From an uncultured Rhizobium sp. (GTDB lineage: Bacteria; Bacteroidota; Bacteroidia; NS11-12g; UBA955): a stretch of 50,526 bases of DNA. The position numbers and the translations under genes were made by a program. The DNA is taken from contig CAZBMF010000002.1 of NCBI GenBank assembly GCA_964492925.1, positions 1 to 50,526 of the forward strand, read 5' to 3'. Below the pieces are notes generated by a model. That model had not been told where the DNA came from. It did not search any database and saw only the letters and a program-made list of their open reading frames with translations. This document shows positions 46,732 to 50,526 of this stretch, piece after piece (positions within the stretch are counted from its first letter, which is position 1; every line of letters begins with the position of its first letter).

Positions 46732-47639
46732 TTAAAATTACACACAAAAGCAATACGCTGAGAACAGCAATTGCAAAGGCTACTCTAGCTGTTGGATCAG
46801 CAGAAACAATTGTAGCCATAAAAAACAATCAGGTACCCAAAGGCAATGTAATTGAAGCTGCTAGAGTAGCGGGTTTATTTGCCGCCAAAAGTACAAGTTC
46901 TGTAATACCCGATTGTCATCCATTGCCCATAGAATTCACAGAAGTAAGATTTGAAATTCATGATTTTTCGATAGATATTGAAGTTGAAATCCATACTATT
47001 TACAAAACTGGGGTTGAAGTAGAAGCCATGCATGCAGCTTCTATTGTTGCATTAACGATGTATGATATGTTGAAACCGATCGACAAGCAGATTTCCATTC
47101 AGAACATACATTTGGTGAAAAAAACGGGTGGAAAAAGTGCCAAGAAATATCCAGTAAAATCTGAAATCCAATGTGCCATTGTGGTTTGTTCAGACTCAAT
47201 TTCAGGGGGCAGTAAAACGGATAAAGCAGGACTCATCATTCAAGAGAAACTAGAAGGTTTTGGACTCGATGCATCGAATTACTCGATAATACCCGATGAA
47301 ATTTCTGTATTGCAAGAAAAGGTGATGAACTTAAAGGGAAATGGTGTGCAGCTTGTGATTATCACAGGTGGTACGGGTGTTTCTCCACGAGATACTTCTC
47401 CTGAAGCCATAGTGCCATTAATAGAGAGAAGAATGCCGGGAATTGAAGAAACTATACGAAACTATGGACAACAAAGAACCCCCTATGCCATGCTCTCACG
47501 CAGTGTTGTTGGTTTTATTGGAGAAACTTTGATTATGGTACTTCCAGGGTCAACAAATGGTGCTTCAGAATCTATAGATGCTGTTTTTCCAGCAGTACTC
47601 CATATTTTCGATGTATTAAAAGCGTTTAGACACGATTAA
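46728..47639 (+). CDS. moaC: Bifunctional cyclic pyranopterin monophosphate synthase MoaC / MoaB(Mog)-like protein
   Basis: ATGA overlap with moaE; N-terminal half has IPDCHPLPI and TGVEVEAMHAAS (MoaC); C-terminal half has VITGGTGVSPRD (MoaB/Mog). Confidence 0.9.
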   Translation: MIKITHKSNTLRTAIAKATLAVGSAETIVAIKNNQVPKGNVIEAARVAGLFAAKSTSSVIPDCHPLPIEFTEVRFEIHDFSIDIEVEIHTIYKTGVEVEAMHAASIVALTMYDMLKPIDKQISIQNIHLVKKTGGKSAKKYPVKSEIQCAIVVCSDSISGGSKTDKAGLIIQEKLEGFGLDASNYSIIPDEISVLQEKVMNLKGNGVQLVIITGGTGVSPRDTSPEAIVPLIERRMPGIEETIRNYGQQRTPYAMLSRSVVGFIGETLIMVLPGSTNGASESIDAVFPAVLHIFDVLKAFRHD

Positions 47640-49157
47640 TCAATCCAATTGTTGATCGAGAATATAGATCATTGCTGCTACTGATGCGGCTCCCAATTCA
47701 AGTTCTCGCTTGTTCACAGATTCAAAAACATCTGTTTCCGCGTGATGAACATCAAAATACCGCTGAGAGTCAGGGATAAAACTCACAAAAGCTGTTTTTG
47801 AATTATATTTTTTGATGGGTCCTATGTCGGCACCACCACCGCCGTTTTCCAATGTTCCAATGCCATAAGTTTCCAGTAATTTTTGAAACACTTTTACTTT
47901 TGGTAAAATAGCAGTATCAATGCCAAATCCTCGGGGAGTAAAGCCACCACGGTCACTTTCTAAGGCAGCAACATGAATCTCTCCCTTTTCATGGGTAAGT
48001 TTCGCGTATTCTTGTCCACCCCTTAATCCATTTTCCTCATTGATCCAAAAAACACATCTTAAGGTATGCTTGGGTTTATAACTGAGAGCCTTGAGAATTC
48101 TTAAAGCCTCGAAAGCATGCATACAACCAGCCCCATCGTCGTGAGCCCCTTCACCTTGATCCCAACTGTCAAAATGTCCCCCAAAAACAATCACTTTATT
48201 TGGATTTTTCAACCCTTTGGTTTCTGCAATTACGTTGGAACTGGGTCTATCTGCCAAAGTTTTACAATTTAATTGAATAGACAAGGTGAAGGTAGAATCG
48301 TAGAGGCTCAAAAAATGAATGATATCAGCAGCGGCAGTGGCCACAGCCACCATTGGAATTTTTTTAATGGAATCTTCATAATGGGTTACGCCAGTGTGAG
48401 GGTGCAGGTCGCATTTGTTGCTCACACTTCGAACCAGAACGGCAAGAGCGCCGTAAGGTGCGCACCAATTTGCCCCATTTACTCGCTGTGAAACACAACC
48501 ACCGTATGCGGAAAAGGTATTGAGTAGGGTTTCATCCATTGGGGCATTTAACAGCACAATTTTGTTTTTTAACAGTCCTTTTTTGCCCAATTCATTGAGC
48601 TGGGTTTTGTTTTGAATGGAAATTACTTTTGCTTTAATATATCCTTCAACTGAACCTCCTAATGCGCAAGCTGGTAATGAATACCATTTTTGAATTTTTG
48701 TATTTTGTTTTAAAAAATGATCACATTCGTACAGTGCATTAGGTGATAAAGGGTAGCTCAAAGAAGCAACCTTGCTTTGCAATTGAGAAAAAGAAGATTG
48801 ATTTTTAATGGCCGTATTTAGCAATGTAGATTGGAATTCAATTTTTTCAATGCTTCCTCTTTCCCACCTAGGAACCATAACCGGTTGGGTATAAACTGAA
48901 TCAAAATGGTAAGAATCAAGCATTTTTACTGACCATACAATGCCTTTTTCGGCGGCATCACTGCCGCTTAGTCTTGCACCAATTCCCTTACATAGTTCTC
49001 CTAATCGGCTATAAGAATGGCCCCTTAATAAGGCCTCATCGAATATATTTTTAAAGAAAATGCTGTCTTGTTGAATATTTCTATCCCCCACAAATTGAGC
49101 ATTTAAAGCATTTGTAGAAAGTAAAAGGATGAAAAAAATGCGTTGAATCAAACTCAT
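47640..49157 (-). CDS. M28-family metallopeptidase (secreted aminopeptidase-like)
   Basis: signal peptide; GGHFDSWDQGEGAHDDGAG and NEENGLRG metal-ligand motifs. Confidence 0.85.
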   Translation of the reverse strand: MSLIQRIFFILLLSTNALNAQFVGDRNIQQDSIFFKNIFDEALLRGHSYSRLGELCKGIGARLSGSDAAEKGIVWSVKMLDSYHFDSVYTQPVMVPRWERGSIEKIEFQSTLLNTAIKNQSSFSQLQSKVASLSYPLSPNALYECDHFLKQNTKIQKWYSLPACALGGSVEGYIKAKVISIQNKTQLNELGKKGLLKNKIVLLNAPMDETLLNTFSAYGGCVSQRVNGANWCAPYGALAVLVRSVSNKCDLHPHTGVTHYEDSIKKIPMVAVATAAADIIHFLSLYDSTFTLSIQLNCKTLADRPSSNVIAETKGLKNPNKVIVFGGHFDSWDQGEGAHDDGAGCMHAFEALRILKALSYKPKHTLRCVFWINEENGLRGGQEYAKLTHEKGEIHVAALESDRGGFTPRGFGIDTAILPKVKVFQKLLETYGIGTLENGGGGADIGPIKKYNSKTAFVSFIPDSQRYFDVHHAETDVFESVNKRELELGAASVAAMIYILDQQLD

Positions 49158-50296
49158 TATCTGCCTTTCATATCAACAACAGAATTTACTGTCATTTTAA
49201 CACCCATGGTATTGATTTCAGTATTGATATTTCCTTTTACTGATTTAAAAATACCGGCGTTGTTGTCGAAGGTAGTTTGGATTTTACCCGACATTGTTGG
49301 CATCATGCTTTTGCCTATGTTCATGGCTTGTTTATCTTCTTTCGACAAATTCATTTGGTTTTCATTTGGCATTCCCATGCCACCCATGTTTCCACCCATC
49401 ATGTTCGACATGTCTGGCATACCCATTCCCATTCCCATGTCGCCATTGCTGTTAGATTGGTTGTTTTGTTGTTTTGTATCTAAGTTAAATTCTGATGAAC
49501 CATCACCAGATTTTGCATTTACTTTGGTTTGAAACATGTCGTTTGATTTGTTGGTGGAAATGGTTTGATCAACAACGGCGATTCCGCTATTTACTGAATT
49601 TACCAAAATGTCGATGTTATACAAACCCGAAGTAACTTCATAATGATCACCTACTGCCACATCGCCATCGGGCATTGAAAGTGCCTGAAGAATATCATAA
49701 GGCATGGCGTAAAGTTTGTCGCTTTCTTGGTTTTCTTTGATATTAATTTTGCGTGTATTTTTCATTTTGAGTGGGGAGTAGCCAGCCTTTAATTTGCCCG
49801 TTTTGGGGTCAAATTCGGCATAAGCATTAACACTTCTACCGTTTATGTTTCCGCTCATTCCCGGAGATTGGGTGTTTTGGTTGGTTTCAATAGCCAATAC
49901 ATTAGAAGTAGGTGTGGTGATGAAACACAATTTATTGGCAAATGTAAATTTGCCTTTTTTGTCAACGGTTACATCGCTTTCAACAGCATCTTTAGGGAGA
50001 TTGGTTAAACTAGCAACAGCAATTCCTTTTGCATTTTTCACATTGAAATTCATCAGGTAAAGTCTACCATTAGCGGTACCATTTTCGTCTACTGAATTGA
50101 TTAACAATACAAAATCAACGGTGGTTGTAAATTTGTCTTTCATTTGCATGCCCATCATCGACATATTGATATTGTCGGTAATTGTTGCAGAATAGTTAAT
50201 GGCATCACCAGCTTTCCATTGGTAATTTAATTCATCAGCAAAAAGGTTGGTTAAGAGGAAAAAATATCCCCCAATAAGCAATAAGATTTTTTTCAT
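49157..50296 (-). CDS. Secreted protein of unknown function with a Met/Gly/Asn-rich low-complexity segment
   Basis: ATG 50296 (MKKILLLIGGYFFLL) follows a -7 box; contains NGDMGMGMGMPDMSNMMGGNMGGMGMPNENQMN; TAATG stop/start overlap with the M28 gene. Confidence 0.65.
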   Translation of the reverse strand: MKKILLLIGGYFFLLTNLFADELNYQWKAGDAINYSATITDNINMSMMGMQMKDKFTTTVDFVLLINSVDENGTANGRLYLMNFNVKNAKGIAVASLTNLPKDAVESDVTVDKKGKFTFANKLCFITTPTSNVLAIETNQNTQSPGMSGNINGRSVNAYAEFDPKTGKLKAGYSPLKMKNTRKINIKENQESDKLYAMPYDILQALSMPDGDVAVGDHYEVTSGLYNIDILVNSVNSGIAVVDQTISTNKSNDMFQTKVNAKSGDGSSEFNLDTKQQNNQSNSNGDMGMGMGMPDMSNMMGGNMGGMGMPNENQMNLSKEDKQAMNIGKSMMPTMSGKIQTTFDNNAGIFKSVKGNINTEINTMGVKMTVNSVVDMKGR

Positions 50297-50306
50297 AATA
50301 GTTGAC

Positions 50307-50314
50307 CAAAAATA
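50307..50314 (-). promoter_or_regulatory. -7 promoter box TATTTTTG for the Met-rich protein/M28 peptidase operon
   Basis: plus caaaaata; 10 nt upstream of ATG 50296 and inside the longer ORF-track extension, which argues for the shorter start. Confidence 0.45.
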
Positions 50315-50526
50315 CAAAGTTTTATTGAAAAAATTCCTACATGAGTGATGATTGGGGATTTGAAGGTAAAGTGTCTAACAAAAATTACACAACATAACTT
50401 GTGAAATCAGGGTTTGTTTCATTGTTTACATTTGCCAATAATTATGGAAGATTTTCGGTATCTCAAATATCAAAAAATATTGCTTGGTGTATTTTCAATC
50501 TTGTTAATTTGGCCATTTTTAAATTC

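Noticed and set aside
49421-49438. Three tandem hexamers ((a/t)cccat) as a phase-variation tract
   Set aside because: The unit length is a multiple of three and there are only three copies. Slippage would change the tract length, not the reading frame.
49143-49532. 129-aa plus-strand ORF rich in Pro/Met/Ile (PMFPPIMFDMSGIPIPIPMSP)
   Set aside because: It is the antisense shadow of the Met/Gly-rich tract of the minus-strand gene. It overlaps the M28 start, and the low-complexity mirror composition explains the open frame.

Overview
AT-rich chromosomal segment that looks like a Bacteroidota (Flavobacteriia-type) genome. The evidence is T9SS C-terminal sorting domains, the DUF3276, DUF4199 and DUF4270 families, no Shine-Dalgarno signals, and perfect TAnnTTTG -7 promoter boxes just upstream of most operon starts. 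I call about 45 protein genes and one tRNA-Arg(CCT). I saw no rRNA, CRISPR array, transposase or integrase. Genes are tightly packed, with many ATGA/TAATG stop-start overlaps and several convergent pairs whose 3' ends overlap.

Gene content, left to right:
- MsbA-like ABC exporter and a PUR-like DUF3276 protein.
- DUF4199-plsC-gatC-ABC ATPase chain.
- Bacterial GH3 ligase, kbl and two APC permeases.
- Minus-strand glgA-like/DUF4270/DAHP synthase operon, then panC.
- A 1366-aa WG-repeat giant protein, then dtd.
- mobA-fdhD plus a YdeP-type molybdoenzyme.
- An unknown T9SS cargo protein.
- SGNH-MBOAT-SGNH(LysM) O-acetylation cluster.
- VTC-domain/DUF4956 pair.
- T9SS sulfatase and a CstB-like MBL-rhodanese-rhodanese protein.
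- tRNA-Arg.
- Tat-pirin plus PCD.
- Secreted vWA protein.
- HipA-like kinase with DUF3037.
- DinB/DUF1569.
- ChaN-like gene leading a moaA-moeA-TauE-moaD-moeB-moaE-moaC/B operon.
- M28 peptidase with a Met/Gly-rich secreted protein.

Best candidates for an undescribed system:
1. The autonomous, translationally coupled HipA-like kinase/DUF3037 module. The three-gene block that contains it is bracketed by copies of AATTTGTTTAAAC.
2. The VTC(TTM)/DUF4956 membrane pair, a possible PPK-independent polyphosphate machine.
3. Twin TTACGG-N5-CCGTAA dyads in an intergenic region with no regulator gene nearby.

All family calls come from motif recognition by eye. No database searches were run.
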